Notes: generated from the letters alone by a model not told the origin. A stretch of 64,000 nt of DNA from Spirochaetia bacterium (GCA_965203905.1 CBDBDQ010000005.1:7648001-7712000), one strand, 5' to 3'. Counted from the first letter of the stretch, positions 1 through 12,849 are shown. Program-made: numbers and translations.

Positions 1-116
1 CGCCCACCACCCAGTCTCCCCCTGATCGGCACGGCTAGGCGCGCGGGGCGTCCCACCACTTGCAGGCTTGGTGCCGATAGAGCCGCGGAATCGGTCGAAC
101 GGCTGTGTGGCCCGCG

Positions 117-509
117 CTATGGCTGGCGCTCTTCGTCCTGGGTGGGGAAATCGGCCGGCATGGTGATTTCGATCACCTGCCAGTCTTCGGAATACTCCAG
201 CACCTCGTGCCTGACGCCGGGAGCCTGGTACCAGGCATCTCCCTCCTCGACCCGAATCTCGCCGATGTCCTCCAGGTAGATCCGCGCCCAGCCCTTGATC
301 TGGTAGACCATCTGGAAGTCGAGGGTGTGGGAGTGGTAGCCCATCGGCCCCGTGCACGGCTGGTCGGCGCGGATCACGTGCGCCAGGACCTTGCCACCGG
401 TGGCGGCCTTGATACCCAGGTCGCGGTAGGCGAAGTACGACCGCAGTCCCCCCTTCTCCCACCGGGCACCCCTCGCGTGGGCGGCAAACGATTTCGCTCT
501 CTCAGCCAT
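117..509 (-). CDS. Cupin-domain protein
   Basis: MAERAKSF... with cupin motifs HSHTLDFQMVY and GDAWYQAPGVRH; GAGGAGGAG RBS; start overlaps the stop of the upstream PhyH gene. Confidence 0.8.
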   Translation of the reverse strand: MAERAKSFAAHARGARWEKGGLRSYFAYRDLGIKAATGGKVLAHVIRADQPCTGPMGYHSHTLDFQMVYQIKGWARIYLEDIGEIRVEEGDAWYQAPGVRHEVLEYSEDWQVIEITMPADFPTQDEERQP

Positions 510-1269
510 GCTGTTCTCCTCCTCGGTCGACATCCAGAATATGACGCGCCGCCGCGTCGAGTCTGGCATACATCTCCGGCTGGATGAGCTTACGCTGGTC
601 GTTCTGCTGCTCCTGGTCGCGCCGCACGAAGGCGGAGTGCAGCGCCCGCCGCCGCACGTCGCTGGAATTATGCGTACCACCGTGCCACAGGTGCGAGTTG
701 AAGACGACCACGGTGCCCACGGGAGCCAGCAGCTTGATCTCATCCGGGTGCGGGTCCAGGAGACTGCCCATCACGTCAGCCGGCACTTTCCCACTACGGT
801 GTGACCCCGGCACCACCCGGGTCGCGCCGCTCTCCTCGGTGAACTCGACCAGGGTCCATATCGAATTGCAGATGTAGTAGTCGCCGGGCTCCACGGCTCT
901 GTCCCAATCCACGTGGAGATCCTGCAGGCCGTAACCGGGACAGGCAATGCGGCTGTTTACGGAGTGCAGCCTGAAGCCGCTTCCCAGTACCTGCAACATG
1001 GCAGCCAGGATCCGTGGATGAGTGAAACACACGTCGAACATCGGGTCTTGGTGAATCACGTCGTCCAGCGACTCCACCCCCTCCTGGTGCCGTACGGACT
1101 CTCCCTGGGCGACCAGTTCGTCCAGCCGCGCACCCATCCTCTCCGCCTGGTCCGGAGTCAGGATCCCCGGCAGTGGCAGAAACCCGTCCCGATCCAGCGT
1201 CCCCTTCTCTTCCCGGGTCAGGGTGTCGTCCCTCACCCCCAGGTCATGGAGTGCCCGTTTCATGTCCAT
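502..1269 (-). CDS. Phytanoyl-CoA dioxygenase (PhyH) family Fe(II)/2OG oxygenase
   Basis: HVD...H facial triad, GATRVVPGSH and LWHGG motifs; start trimmed to MDMKRAL. Confidence 0.88.
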   Translation of the reverse strand: MDMKRALHDLGVRDDTLTREEKGTLDRDGFLPLPGILTPDQAERMGARLDELVAQGESVRHQEGVESLDDVIHQDPMFDVCFTHPRILAAMLQVLGSGFRLHSVNSRIACPGYGLQDLHVDWDRAVEPGDYYICNSIWTLVEFTEESGATRVVPGSHRSGKVPADVMGSLLDPHPDEIKLLAPVGTVVVFNSHLWHGGTHNSSDVRRRALHSAFVRRDQEQQNDQRKLIQPEMYARLDAAARHILDVDRGGEQHG

Positions 1270-1495
1270 AGAAATTGAACGCCAGCACCACGATGACAAC
1301 AAAATGATGCCGGTATGAAAAGCCATGGATAAAGTATGACGTTCCTGACATGTTGCGAATCCTCGAGCAGCGTCCCCCAACTGACGGCCGGCGGACGAAT
1401 ACCAAGCCCCAGGAAACTCAACGAGGTTTGCGGCCGTCACGGCCGCTGGTTGCGAGTGCCGCGGCTCGGGACTACCATCGATTCCACGACCTACG

Positions 1496-2452
1496 ATGCG
1501 CGCGCTGGTTACCAGGCTGAGAGAGGACCGGACCCGAGAGAAAGTGCTGGTCGATGACTGGCCGGATCCCGGAAGCCCGTCGGCCGGCCAGGTGCGCACC
1601 CGCACCATCTACTCCGCGGTTACCAACGGGACCGAGCGCAACGACCTGGTTGGGGGCAACTACGCCAACGCGGACGAAGCGCTGCCCAGTGGTTGGGGCT
1701 ATCAGAACGTCGGCGAGGTGATCGAGCTGGGGCCACGGGTCCGCAGCCTGAGTGTCGGCGACCGGTTGTACTTCAGCCAGGACCACGTGGAGTTCTGCCT
1801 GGAGCCGGAAGACGGCCTGCACGTGAAACTGCCGGACGCCGTCGACCCCAGGGAGGCGGCCCTGTTCGGGATGGCCAGCGTGGCGATGCGGAGCTGCCGC
1901 GATGCGGAGCTGCGGATGGGAGACCGGCTGCTGATCGTGGGCGCGGGATGCGTCGGACAGGCCACGGCTCAGATCGCCGCCGCCATGGGTGCCCGCGCCA
2001 CGTTGTGCGACGTCGACCCGCAACGCCTGGCCGTGGCCCGTCAGATCGGCGCCGCCGAAACGGTGCTGGATGTCGCGGGGGACGGCTGGGAACGCAACAT
2101 CCGCGACGGCGAGTTTCGCGTGGTGCTGGACGTCGCCGGCGTCGCGGGCATGGAGGAGAAGCTGATCGCGGCGGCACAGCAGCGCGGGACGGTCCTGTTC
2201 GTCGCCGGAAGGTTCGAGGTGGCGTATCCGTTCAACCTGGGCCAGCGGCGTGAGATCACGCTCAAGCAGAACAGCCACTTCGACCGTTCGGACCTCGAAA
2301 ACCTGTGCCGCCTGGTGCAGCGGGGACTGGTACGACTGGCACCGATGATCCGCGACACGGTCCCTGTCGCGGAGGCCGAATGGGTGTACGATACGCTGCG
2401 GGACGAACCAGCCAGGCTGTTCGGAACCGTTTTCGACTGGAGTAGCACGTGA
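1496..2452 (+). CDS. Zinc-binding dehydrogenase (MDR superfamily)
   Basis: GTE, GYQNVGEV GroES-like domain and GAGCVG Rossmann motif. Confidence 0.82.
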   Translation: MRALVTRLREDRTREKVLVDDWPDPGSPSAGQVRTRTIYSAVTNGTERNDLVGGNYANADEALPSGWGYQNVGEVIELGPRVRSLSVGDRLYFSQDHVEFCLEPEDGLHVKLPDAVDPREAALFGMASVAMRSCRDAELRMGDRLLIVGAGCVGQATAQIAAAMGARATLCDVDPQRLAVARQIGAAETVLDVAGDGWERNIRDGEFRVVLDVAGVAGMEEKLIAAAQQRGTVLFVAGRFEVAYPFNLGQRREITLKQNSHFDRSDLENLCRLVQRGLVRLAPMIRDTVPVAEAEWVYDTLRDEPARLFGTVFDWSST

Positions 2453-3111
2453 TGACAGACAAGCCCGTGAAAACCGCCGTGGTCACCGGCGGTCACCCCT
2501 TCGACGTAGTGAATTTCCACCATCTGTTCCGCGAACTGGAGGGCATCCAGCCTTACGTTCAGCACATGGACGAATTCGCCTCCTCTGCCGAGGAAGAACG
2601 CGACTCGTACGAGTGTGTCGTGTTCTATTCCATGCTCAGGGACGGTCCGAGCGACACCGGCCAGCCCGGCTACGCAGGCAAGCCCAAGACCGCGCTGGAG
2701 CATCTCGGCGCGAGTGAGCAGGGCATCCTCCTGCTGCACCACGCGATCCTGGCCTACCGTCAGTGGCCGCTCTGGGACGAGCTGGTGGGCATCGGCGACC
2801 GTTCGTTCGGCTATCACCACGACCAGTCGCTCCAGGTCGAGACCACGGACCGGCCGCACCCGATCACCAGCGGAATCGCGTCGTGGGAGATGATCGACGA
2901 GACCTACACCATGGCCGATGCCGGGGCGGACAGCGAAGTCCTGCTCACCACCCACCACCCCAAGAGCATGCGCACGCTTGCGTGGACCCGCACCCACAGG
3001 AACGCGCGCGTGTTCTGCTTCCAGTCCGGCCATGACAATCAGACCTGGCAGGACGAAGGATTTCGCGAGGTCCTGCGGCGCGGCATCCTCTGGGCGGCAC
3101 GCCGGATCTGA
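2449..3111 (+). CDS. ThuA-like (trehalose utilisation / class I GATase-like) protein
   Basis: GGHPFD, HPIT, DETY, LAWTR, GHD and RRGILWAA motifs; overlaps the upstream stop. Confidence 0.8.
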   Translation: MMTDKPVKTAVVTGGHPFDVVNFHHLFRELEGIQPYVQHMDEFASSAEEERDSYECVVFYSMLRDGPSDTGQPGYAGKPKTALEHLGASEQGILLLHHAILAYRQWPLWDELVGIGDRSFGYHHDQSLQVETTDRPHPITSGIASWEMIDETYTMADAGADSEVLLTTHHPKSMRTLAWTRTHRNARVFCFQSGHDNQTWQDEGFREVLRRGILWAARRI

Positions 3112-3138
3112 CGCTCGTCCGACGACCGGCGCAGGTTC

Positions 3139-3588
3139 ATGTCCTCGACGAACGACACTCCGGGTACGCATGTCGGCGCCTACGGGTGGTGCCGCGACCC
3201 GGCCGGCCGACTGCTCCTGGTGCGCATCACGGCCGGGCTGGAAGATGCGGGGCGCTGGACGATGCCCGGTGGCGGGATCGAGTGGGGCGAGCACCCGGAT
3301 GCGGCGGCGCGGCGTGAGCTGGCCGAGGAGACCGGCATCTCGGATTTCCGCAGGATGCAGTTCGCCGCGATCTGCTCCCATACCTACGGGGCCGCTGTGC
3401 GGTTCGCGCGGTCCCCGCTCCACCACATCGGCATCGTCTACGAGATGACTCCAGAGCGGTTCGAGTTGAAGTTCGAGGAGGACGGCTCGACCGACCGTTG
3501 CGAGTGGTTCACCGAGACCGAGGCTCGCGCGCTGCCGCTGACGCCGCTGGCGGAGTTCGCCATCGAGCTGACCTGGCCACCATCGTAG
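3139..3588 (+). CDS. NUDIX hydrolase
   Basis: Nudix box GGGIEWGEHPDAAARRELAEETG. Confidence 0.9.
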   Translation: MSSTNDTPGTHVGAYGWCRDPAGRLLLVRITAGLEDAGRWTMPGGGIEWGEHPDAAARRELAEETGISDFRRMQFAAICSHTYGAAVRFARSPLHHIGIVYEMTPERFELKFEEDGSTDRCEWFTETEARALPLTPLAEFAIELTWPPS

Positions 3589-3755
3589 CCGCCAAGCGGC
3601 GCGGGCTGGAGCAACCGGTCCCGCTCAACGGGGGGCGCCCACTCATGCCTTCAGCTTCGCTCCGCAGCCCGTCAGGTCAACGCGGCTCTCCGTCACGGGC
3701 AGCCGCGCCCTCCCGCCACGGTTGACGGCGCGTCCGTTCAGGCGTGAGATAGCGT

Positions 3756-6109
<2,354 letters not shown>

Positions 6110-6131
<22 letters not shown>

Positions 6132-7546
6132 TCACCGACGCCATCAGCGGCGAGCCCGCGGCGTGCACGGTGCACGTGCTGTCCGCCGACGGCCGGTTCG
6201 TCCATCCCGAGGGCGCGGTGCTCAAGGTGGGCCCCGGCACCCCGGCGTTCTACTGTGCCGGCAGCTTCGAGGTGACGGTACCGACCGGCGGGGTGCGGGT
6301 GCTGGTCGAACGCGGCACCGAGTACGTGCCGCTGGAACGCAACCTGACCGTCACCGAGACCCAGAACGTCGACCTGGAACTGCCGCTGCAGCGCTGGACC
6401 CACCTTACCGAGCGCGGCTGGTATCCCGGCAACACCCACATCCACTACGACGAGAAGGAACAGCAGCGTGACCACCGGCTGGAGCTGGAAGGTCACGTGC
6501 ACGACTTCTCGGTGACCGTGGTCAGCGTGCTGCGGCGCTGGGACCTGGACTACGCCAGCAACCACTTCCCGATCGGGGTGATGACCGATCTCAGCACCGC
6601 CCACCACGTGCTCGACATCGGCGAGGAGAACCGCCACAACTTCCACGGTGGAGAGATCGGCTATGGCCACGTCATGTTCCTGCGCATCCGCAACCTGGTG
6701 GAACCGGTCAGCCGCGGCATGCTGGTGGACAGCCTGGACCCCGACTACCCGCCGATCTGCCACGCCTGTGACGAGGCGCGGGCGCAGGACGGCATCGTGC
6801 TCTGGTGCCACAACGGGCGCGGCCTGGAGGCGCCGGTGGCCGCCGCGCTGGGCAAGCTGGACGGCTTCAACCTGTTCGACCCGTTCTGGATGGACCCCGA
6901 GTACGAGATCTGGTACCGGCTGCTCAACTGCGGCATCCCGCTGCCGGCCAGCACCGGCTCCGACTGGTTCGTGTGCTCCAACAACCGCGTCTACGTCGAC
7001 CTGGGCGGCGCGGCCTTCGACTACGACCGCTGGATCGACGGACTCAAGGCGGGCCGCACCTTTATCACCAATGGTCCGCTGCTGCTGCTGCGCGCCGACG
7101 GCGCCGCCCCGGGCGACACGCTGCAGGTGCAGCCGGAGCGCGAGCTGGAGGTGGAAGTCGAGCTGGCCAGCCATCACCGGGTCGACCGCATCGAGCTGGT
7201 ATGCAACGGTGTCGTGGTGCGCCGCTGGAAGCGGCCGGGCGGCGTCGGCAACGAGCGCATTCGGGATCGCGTCGCGGTGCGTTCCGACGGCTGGATCGCG
7301 GCGCGCTGCTACAGCCACGTGCGCGACAGCTACGCCCAGGAGATCTTCGCCCACACCAGCCCGATCTACCTGCGCTGTGGCAGTCCGAACCCGGCCGCCA
7401 AGCCCGACGCCGCCTACTTCATCGCCGGCATCGACGACGCACTGCAGCGCTGGGTGAGCCACAAGCTGCGCTACGGCAGCGACCGCCAGCGCGAGGAAGT
7501 GCGCGAGCTGTTCAAACGCGGCCGCGCCTACTTCGCCGCCCTATAG
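6110..7546 (+). CDS. CehA/McbA-family metallohydrolase
   Basis: GWYPGNTHIH, GEE, WYRLLNCG, STGSD, RVYV, GRTFITNGP, AHTSPIY. Confidence 0.8.
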
Positions 7547-7588
7547 GGCGCGACTGTTCCCAGGTTCCTTCGACATGGGCGAGTGGCC

Positions 7589-8428
7589 TCACCGTCCGAC
7601 CAATCCCGGCAGATTCTCCTGAACCATCCAGCGGGCATTGCAGCTTCCCTTTCGGGGTCCCGTCGGATCGAGGGTGCGGTAGCCCTTGGTGGGAAGCTCG
7701 GCGAGCCGGTCGACTTCGGAGGACTTGCAACCGAAGTATGCGAGGACCCATCCCAGGCGTTTGGCCGGGGCCTTTCCCCAGCGTATGGCGTACTCGGTGA
7801 TCCGCGTGACGTCCACCCGGTCCATCGCCACCTCGAATGCATGAAGAACCTCGCCGAAGTCACCGCAATGCCGCGGCCTCGACAGCCCATCCAACAAGGT
7901 ACGCTCCAGGTCCGTGATGGTTATCCGCGCATCGTGAACCCACACCTGTTCTGTGCCAAACAGGCTGCCCGGGCTCACCCGGACGAATCGATACACCGTA
8001 TCTCCTGCCAGGTAGTCGCCTCTCCGGAGGGTGCTCCCGGCCGCACGCATGCGAGGCGCGGCGGTCGCGGTCGTCGTGAGCACGAACACGGTCCGCGGTA
8101 CTTGCTCCGTCAGACCGTGATAGTGCATGGCCGACCAGTGGGAGATTACCGCCGGGGACGTCAGAGCCATGGCGACTTCGAACTCGTGGACGGACGCGGC
8201 ACCCGGAACCGTGGATGTCAAAGCGTAGAGTCCCCGACGTAGAGAGACGATCCAGCCATCCTTGCGAAGGTGATGGAGGGCCTCGCACACGTAGGCGTCA
8301 GTGAGGCCAACGAGGGGCGCGAGCTCCCGAGCCCGACCCGTCGTGAACCAACGGTCGCCCTCGCGGACAAGGAGCCGCACCAACTCGATTCCTACCCGGG
8401 AACGCTTGAGCTTGGCGTTGACGGACAC
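7589..8428 (-). CDS. AbiEi-family type IV TA antitoxin / transcriptional regulator
   Basis: N-terminal wHTH (LRRGLY), ISHWSAMHYHGLTEQVP, TDLERTLLD, KRLGW. Confidence 0.82.
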   Translation of the reverse strand: MSVNAKLKRSRVGIELVRLLVREGDRWFTTGRARELAPLVGLTDAYVCEALHHLRKDGWIVSLRRGLYALTSTVPGAASVHEFEVAMALTSPAVISHWSAMHYHGLTEQVPRTVFVLTTTATAAPRMRAAGSTLRRGDYLAGDTVYRFVRVSPGSLFGTEQVWVHDARITITDLERTLLDGLSRPRHCGDFGEVLHAFEVAMDRVDVTRITEYAIRWGKAPAKRLGWVLAYFGCKSSEVDRLAELPTKGYRTLDPTGPRKGSCNARWMVQENLPGLVGR

Positions 8429-8481
8429 TGGTACCCATCCAAGTTTCGCATACCAGGTATGGCTTAGCAGGGATACGGAGA

Positions 8482-8502
8482 AAATTGGAATACGTCCAAT
8501 TT
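8482..8502. promoter_or_regulatory. AT-rich inverted repeat upstream of abiEi (putative autoregulatory operator)
   Basis: AAATTGGA-N5-TCCAATTT in a low-GC patch about 55 nt upstream of the start. Confidence 0.4.
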
Positions 8503-8591
8503 ATTTTCATCCCTAACAAAGTGGAGATCAGCCCCGAACATCATACGATCCACGATTGGCGGCCAACCAGGCAAGACGCTACCCTCCGCCT

Positions 8592-8792
8592 ATGAAAACT
8601 ACCGTGTCGTCGAAGGGCCAGATCGTAGTGCCCGCCGAGTTCCGCCGCCAGGATGCCATTGAGCCGCTGCCCGCACACGAGCCGCCGAAGAACAAGGGAC
8701 TGGTGGACCTGCTGCTGTCCTGCCCGGTGAAGGACTGGCATGTCCCCGTGCCGTCCGAATCCAGCAACCGTATCAACCCGCCCGACTGGTGA
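8592..8792 (+). pseudogene. AbrB/MazE-type (VapB) antitoxin, probably internally deleted
   Basis: MKTTVSSKGQIVVPAEFR AbrB signature; central strands missing. Confidence 0.65.
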
Positions 8793-9030
8793 CCGGCGAG
8801 ACCTCGAGATCTGGTTCGAACAGGTGGTGCGGCGGGTCGAATGCCCCGCATGGGACGCCCGGACCGGCGTGCGCTGGGCGGAACTGCTGGCACACAGATG
8901 CGGCTTGACGGCAGAACCATGGCGGTACGGGACAGCCTGATCGCGGCCTCGGCCTTGACCCATGCGCTCACGCTGACCACGCGCAAGGTCGACGACTTCG
9001 CTGCCTGCGGGTCAGTTGGCGAATCCTCTC
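8793..9030 (+). pseudogene. VapC PIN toxin C-terminal fragment (frameshifted)
   Basis: ...RWAELLA then DSLIAASALTHALTLTTRKVDDF in another frame; N-terminal DTN motif missing. Confidence 0.65.
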
Positions 9031-9083
9031 GCGCGCGCGCCGGAGCAGCAGTCGTGAGCCGCCCCGTTCGACGGCGTGTGCCC

Positions 9084-10070
9084 CTATCCGTGATCCTCTT
9101 CGAGCGGGCGGCCGGGCAGTGATCGGCGCCCGTGCACGGCATCCCAGCGGTCCTGCACCTCCTGCAGCAGGCGCATGGTGGGCAGCACCGCCCGGCCCGG
9201 CACTGCCGGCGCACGCCCCTGCTCCAGGGCCGCGATGAAGTCCACGGTGCAGCGCGTGCAGTTCGCCTGCTCGCTCTCGATCGACTGGGTGCCGGCGCCC
9301 GTGGTCAGCGTGCTCTCCAGGATGTTCAGCCGGTAGGAATCGCGGTCGGTCACGATCATGGTGTCGTAGATGCGCTCGCGGGAGTAGTAGGAGCCGGAGC
9401 ACAGCAGGCTCTGGTCGGCCTCGGTCTCGATCAGCAGCACCACCTCCATCGGGATGCCGGTGTTCGGATCGGGCGCCGGCATGAAGTGGTTCACCGAACG
9501 GATCGGCGCGCCCTCCACCGCCAGCATCCACAGCCCCAGGTCGAGCAGATGGGTGGTGTGGTGCCACAGCAGGTTGTCGATCCAGCTCCGGTGGTAGCCG
9601 GTGGCACCGATGTTCTTCAGGCGGTGGATGAAGAAGCGGCCGTGGATATGGCGGATGTGCTCCTTGCCGCACGCAAGCCGCTCGCGCAACGGCACCCGCT
9701 CCCTGCGAAAGCGCATCGGGTGGACGACCCCCAGGGTGAGGCCTCGCCGTTCCGCCTCCATCACCACCCGCTCCGCGTCCGCAAGGTTCATCGCGATCGG
9801 GATCTCCACCAGGGTCGGCTTGTCGTGGGCCAGGCACTGCAACGCGGTGCGGGCGTGCAGCTCGCTGGGGTTGGCCACGATCACCGCATCCACGGCCGGA
9901 TCCGCCAGTGCCTCCCCCAGGTCGACGCCCCAGCGCCGGTACCCGTAGCGCGCCGCGAACTCGGCGGTCGGCTCGGCGCGCCGCCCCACCAGAAGATGGC
10001 GCGCCTCCGGCGCCAGCGCCTCGGAATGCCACACCCCCATCATCCCGTGCCCGACCATGCAGACGTTCAT
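9084..10070 (-). CDS. Gfo/Idh/MocA oxidoreductase (LigC-like)
   Basis: GHGMMG Rossmann, VEIPIA, WIDNLLWHH. Confidence 0.85.
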   Translation of the reverse strand: MNVCMVGHGMMGVWHSEALAPEARHLLVGRRAEPTAEFAARYGYRRWGVDLGEALADPAVDAVIVANPSELHARTALQCLAHDKPTLVEIPIAMNLADAERVVMEAERRGLTLGVVHPMRFRRERVPLRERLACGKEHIRHIHGRFFIHRLKNIGATGYHRSWIDNLLWHHTTHLLDLGLWMLAVEGAPIRSVNHFMPAPDPNTGIPMEVVLLIETEADQSLLCSGSYYSRERIYDTMIVTDRDSYRLNILESTLTTGAGTQSIESEQANCTRCTVDFIAALEQGRAPAVPGRAVLPTMRLLQEVQDRWDAVHGRRSLPGRPLEEDHG

Positions 10071-10121
10071 GCACGGGAGCCTATACCCAGGGAGCGCTGC
10101 GTGTCGTCGGAACCGCAGCAG

Positions 10122-10634
10122 TCAGGCGGTGTTCACAGCGCTGCCGACCTCGTCGCGGACTCGCTCGGCAAGATCGGCCAGATCAAAATCCCCCCGCTGA
10201 ACCGCCGCCACGAGCAGCATCTTCACCCTCCGCCTGCTGAATCTGAGACACCACTCGCTTGCGATGGCGGCGGCAACGCGGCGTGCGACGTTGCCCAGGC
10301 GCACATAGTCGAGCCGTTGCAGATCGACGTGGCGGTTGCGCAACTCAGCTACCGGAGTGCGACCGTCCGTAGCTTCCCAACTCTGACCGTCCGCCGCGAA
10401 GTCCCCCTCCGCGATCCAGACAACATCCAGCTTGTCGATGCGGTTTCCGGCCGCTGCCATGGCAAGAGCGACACGTTCCACCTGGTTCTCAACGCCGCTG
10501 TCGCAACGCCAGAAAGAGAGAGCGTTACCGCTCGTGCGAAGATCCGCGGTTACCGCGTCCGCCCCGATTTCACCCCGTCCCAGCCCGGGGCCCTGCAACC
10601 ATTTGGCGCGGGTGATCTTGCGAGCCAGGAACAA
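10122..10634 (-). CDS. Hypothetical protein, possible ADP-ribosyltransferase-like fold
   Basis: Open 170-aa frame starting 3 nt after the upstream stop; RKI..W, DLRT..N.LSFW, GRTP...H.D; a paralogous N-terminus occurs at 12958. Confidence 0.65.
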   Translation of the reverse strand: MFLARKITRAKWLQGPGLGRGEIGADAVTADLRTSGNALSFWRCDSGVENQVERVALAMAAAGNRIDKLDVVWIAEGDFAADGQSWEATDGRTPVAELRNRHVDLQRLDYVRLGNVARRVAAAIASEWCLRFSRRRVKMLLVAAVQRGDFDLADLAERVRDEVGSAVNTA

Positions 10635-10637
10635 GCC

Positions 10638-11261
10638 TCAAGCCCCCAGATCCTCAATCACTTCCCTGACGTAGCGGCTCAGCCACGGCTGGGTCTCGCG
10701 GTGTGATCGCAAGACTTGAACAAGGTCCTGGTCGCTCCACGATTCTGCGGCCTGTACCGCGGCGTCGCGAAGTTCCACAGCCGGGCTAGCGAGCGCAGCG
10801 CGGACTACTGCTGCGCGCCATGCAGAGGATCCGGGGCTCTGCAGACGCCCCAGACATCGTAGGGTAGACGCCGCGAAGCCGGGCCGCGTTGGGTCCGCGC
10901 ACAACTCACTGATCCGGCCGAGCGCGGACTGCTGGTCAGCGGTGCGCAAAGCATCTTCGAGAATGTGTTCGGCAGGATGTGTGATCCCATCTTCGACCGG
11001 CTCCACTTCGTATGCCCCGCTCAACAACGCATCGAGACGATCATGGAGGAGTTCCGGTACCGGCGGCTGTAGTCTGCGCCCCTGGGTCGCCGCTCCACCG
11101 GAGCGGACCCACTCGTCGATCTGCGACAACCTGAATTTCCACAGCCGGCCGACGCGGCGGGCCGGCAACTGCTTGTGCTTGATCCACCGATAGATGGAGT
11201 CCCTCGCAACGCTCAGGTGTTCGGCGACGGCTTCGACCGAGACCCAGGCTTCAGTAGACAA
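10638..11261 (-). CDS. Excisionase-type HTH (HTH_17) fused to a HEAT-like helical domain
   Basis: WVSVEAVAEHLSVARDSIYRWI...LPARRVGRLWKF; C-terminal ELRDAAVQAAESW; TTG start with GAGGAGG RBS. Confidence 0.75.
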   Translation of the reverse strand: MSTEAWVSVEAVAEHLSVARDSIYRWIKHKQLPARRVGRLWKFRLSQIDEWVRSGGAATQGRRLQPPVPELLHDRLDALLSGAYEVEPVEDGITHPAEHILEDALRTADQQSALGRISELCADPTRPGFAASTLRCLGRLQSPGSSAWRAAVVRAALASPAVELRDAAVQAAESWSDQDLVQVLRSHRETQPWLSRYVREVIEDLGA

Positions 11262-11470
11262 CCGACCCTCCTCGTGACGCCATTGGCATGGCAACCCGAA
11301 GCATAGCCGATTCCCGTGGCGTAGTCCAGAGAGTCGTAAGTTGCAGGTGAATGTCGGCGATAGTCGCTTAAACTACCAACGCGTCCTGCACCTGTACGGA
11401 CGCTGCCATGACCAACGCTCGCAAGCGAGATGAATGCCTCCGGCGCCGCCTCCGGGTCGTAGCAGAATCC

Positions 11471-12724
11471 TTATGGATCAGTGGGATCGATCCAGACCCG
11501 GATGTGGGCGTTGGCGCGGAGCACCGAGGCGGGATCCTCCCTGGCGCTCTGGCGTGCCTCCTGGGCGCAGCGCGCGGCCGCGGCGGCGCGGTCCAGCACC
11601 GGCTGCTGCAGGGTGTCGTGCTCGTCGGGGCACACGTGACGCATCAGCGGCTGCAGGGCTGCCGGAAGGGCGCGGTATTCGGCTAGCGACAGCGGCTGGC
11701 AGACCTGGTTGACGTTGTAGGTGTCGCCGGGCGCGAAGTCGTCAACCGACAGCCACCACGGCGCCCACCGGTTCACCACGGCTACGCGGGTGTGCCTGGT
11801 GTTATGCATCGGCGAGGCGTGCCACGAGCGCGAGTCCTGGATGTACACCGACCCCGCCGGCGCCGAAACCTGCAACTCGCCGGGGATCGGCGCAACCACG
11901 GAAATGCCGTCGTCCGGACCGCGCGGGTTGCGCGTGTCGCGGTGCGACCCGGGTACCACCCAAGTGCCGCCCGATTCCGCGTCCACGTCGGTCAGGTACC
12001 AGATCATCACCAGGCACATGGTCACGTCGGGAAACGGCTGCCGCACGCAGCCGACGTTGTGGAGCGGGTCGCCGGCTCCATACGCACTCAGGTCATGCGG
12101 CCAGTCGGTGTGCCATCCGCGGAACTCCCTCCCGCGGGACTGCACGGGACCGAATCCGCCCAGCGTGCCGTCCGGCCGGTCGGACTCGATGATGCGCAGA
12201 TGCAGTTGGGCGATGCGCAGGTGGTCGTCCAGCACGCGCCTGGCCAACGCGGTCACCACCGGAGCGGCCAGATGCTGCGCGTAGAGCGGCATCCGCACGA
12301 GGTCGTTGGGCGGCTTGGGCGGATGTCCGGCGCGCCGCACCGGCCGCAATTCGACGCGCGGGGTCTCCGCGTCGATGTTCCCGGATTTCAGCTCCCGGAC
12401 GGCCGCGACATTGGCCTCGATGATCGGTTGCGCCGCCACCACCTCGTCGCGGACCGCGGCCACCTGAGCGGAGGGGATGACGTGGTCGATCACGGTGAAC
12501 CCGTAGCGGCGGATCGACTCGGCGCACCCGCTGACCACCTGTTCCACCGGCAGCGAGGCCGCATCGAAGGCATAGCCGCGGGTGCGCGCCAACTCCGCGC
12601 TGACCGCCTCGCTGTCGGCGCCGGCCTGCCCGATGAGGCGACGCGTCTCGCGCAGTTCCCGCTCGAGGCGCGCTTCCCTGCCGCGCAGCTCCGCGATGCT
12701 CGCACTATCTACGGTACTTGGCAT
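11471..12724 (-). CDS. PhyH-family dioxygenase with N-terminal coiled-coil extension
   Basis: WHTD, GGTWVVPGSH, SWHAS; start MPSTVD with AGGGAGGA RBS. Confidence 0.82.
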   Translation of the reverse strand: MPSTVDSASIAELRGREARLERELRETRRLIGQAGADSEAVSAELARTRGYAFDAASLPVEQVVSGCAESIRRYGFTVIDHVIPSAQVAAVRDEVVAAQPIIEANVAAVRELKSGNIDAETPRVELRPVRRAGHPPKPPNDLVRMPLYAQHLAAPVVTALARRVLDDHLRIAQLHLRIIESDRPDGTLGGFGPVQSRGREFRGWHTDWPHDLSAYGAGDPLHNVGCVRQPFPDVTMCLVMIWYLTDVDAESGGTWVVPGSHRDTRNPRGPDDGISVVAPIPGELQVSAPAGSVYIQDSRSWHASPMHNTRHTRVAVVNRWAPWWLSVDDFAPGDTYNVNQVCQPLSLAEYRALPAALQPLMRHVCPDEHDTLQQPVLDRAAAAARCAQEARQSAREDPASVLRANAHIRVWIDPTDP

Positions 12725-12849
12725 CAAAGAATCCTCCCTGTCCCGTTTGAACTGCGCAACATCTCGCCTCACCCCTGTCCAGCTACCAGCGCGATCCCAT
12801 GCTTGACTATCCGCCGCAGGTGCTCCTCCGCGAGGCAGTGACGAACGCG

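Noticed and set aside
3589-3750. attC-like imperfect palindrome after the NUDIX gene (ends CCGTTCAGGCG)
   Set aside because: No clean RYYYAAC/GTTRRRY pair, no second copy and no integron integrase in the window.
10638-11261. Excisionase as evidence of a prophage or ICE
   Set aside because: No integrase, att sites, or structural or conjugation genes; HTH_17 is fused to another domain and is probably regulatory.
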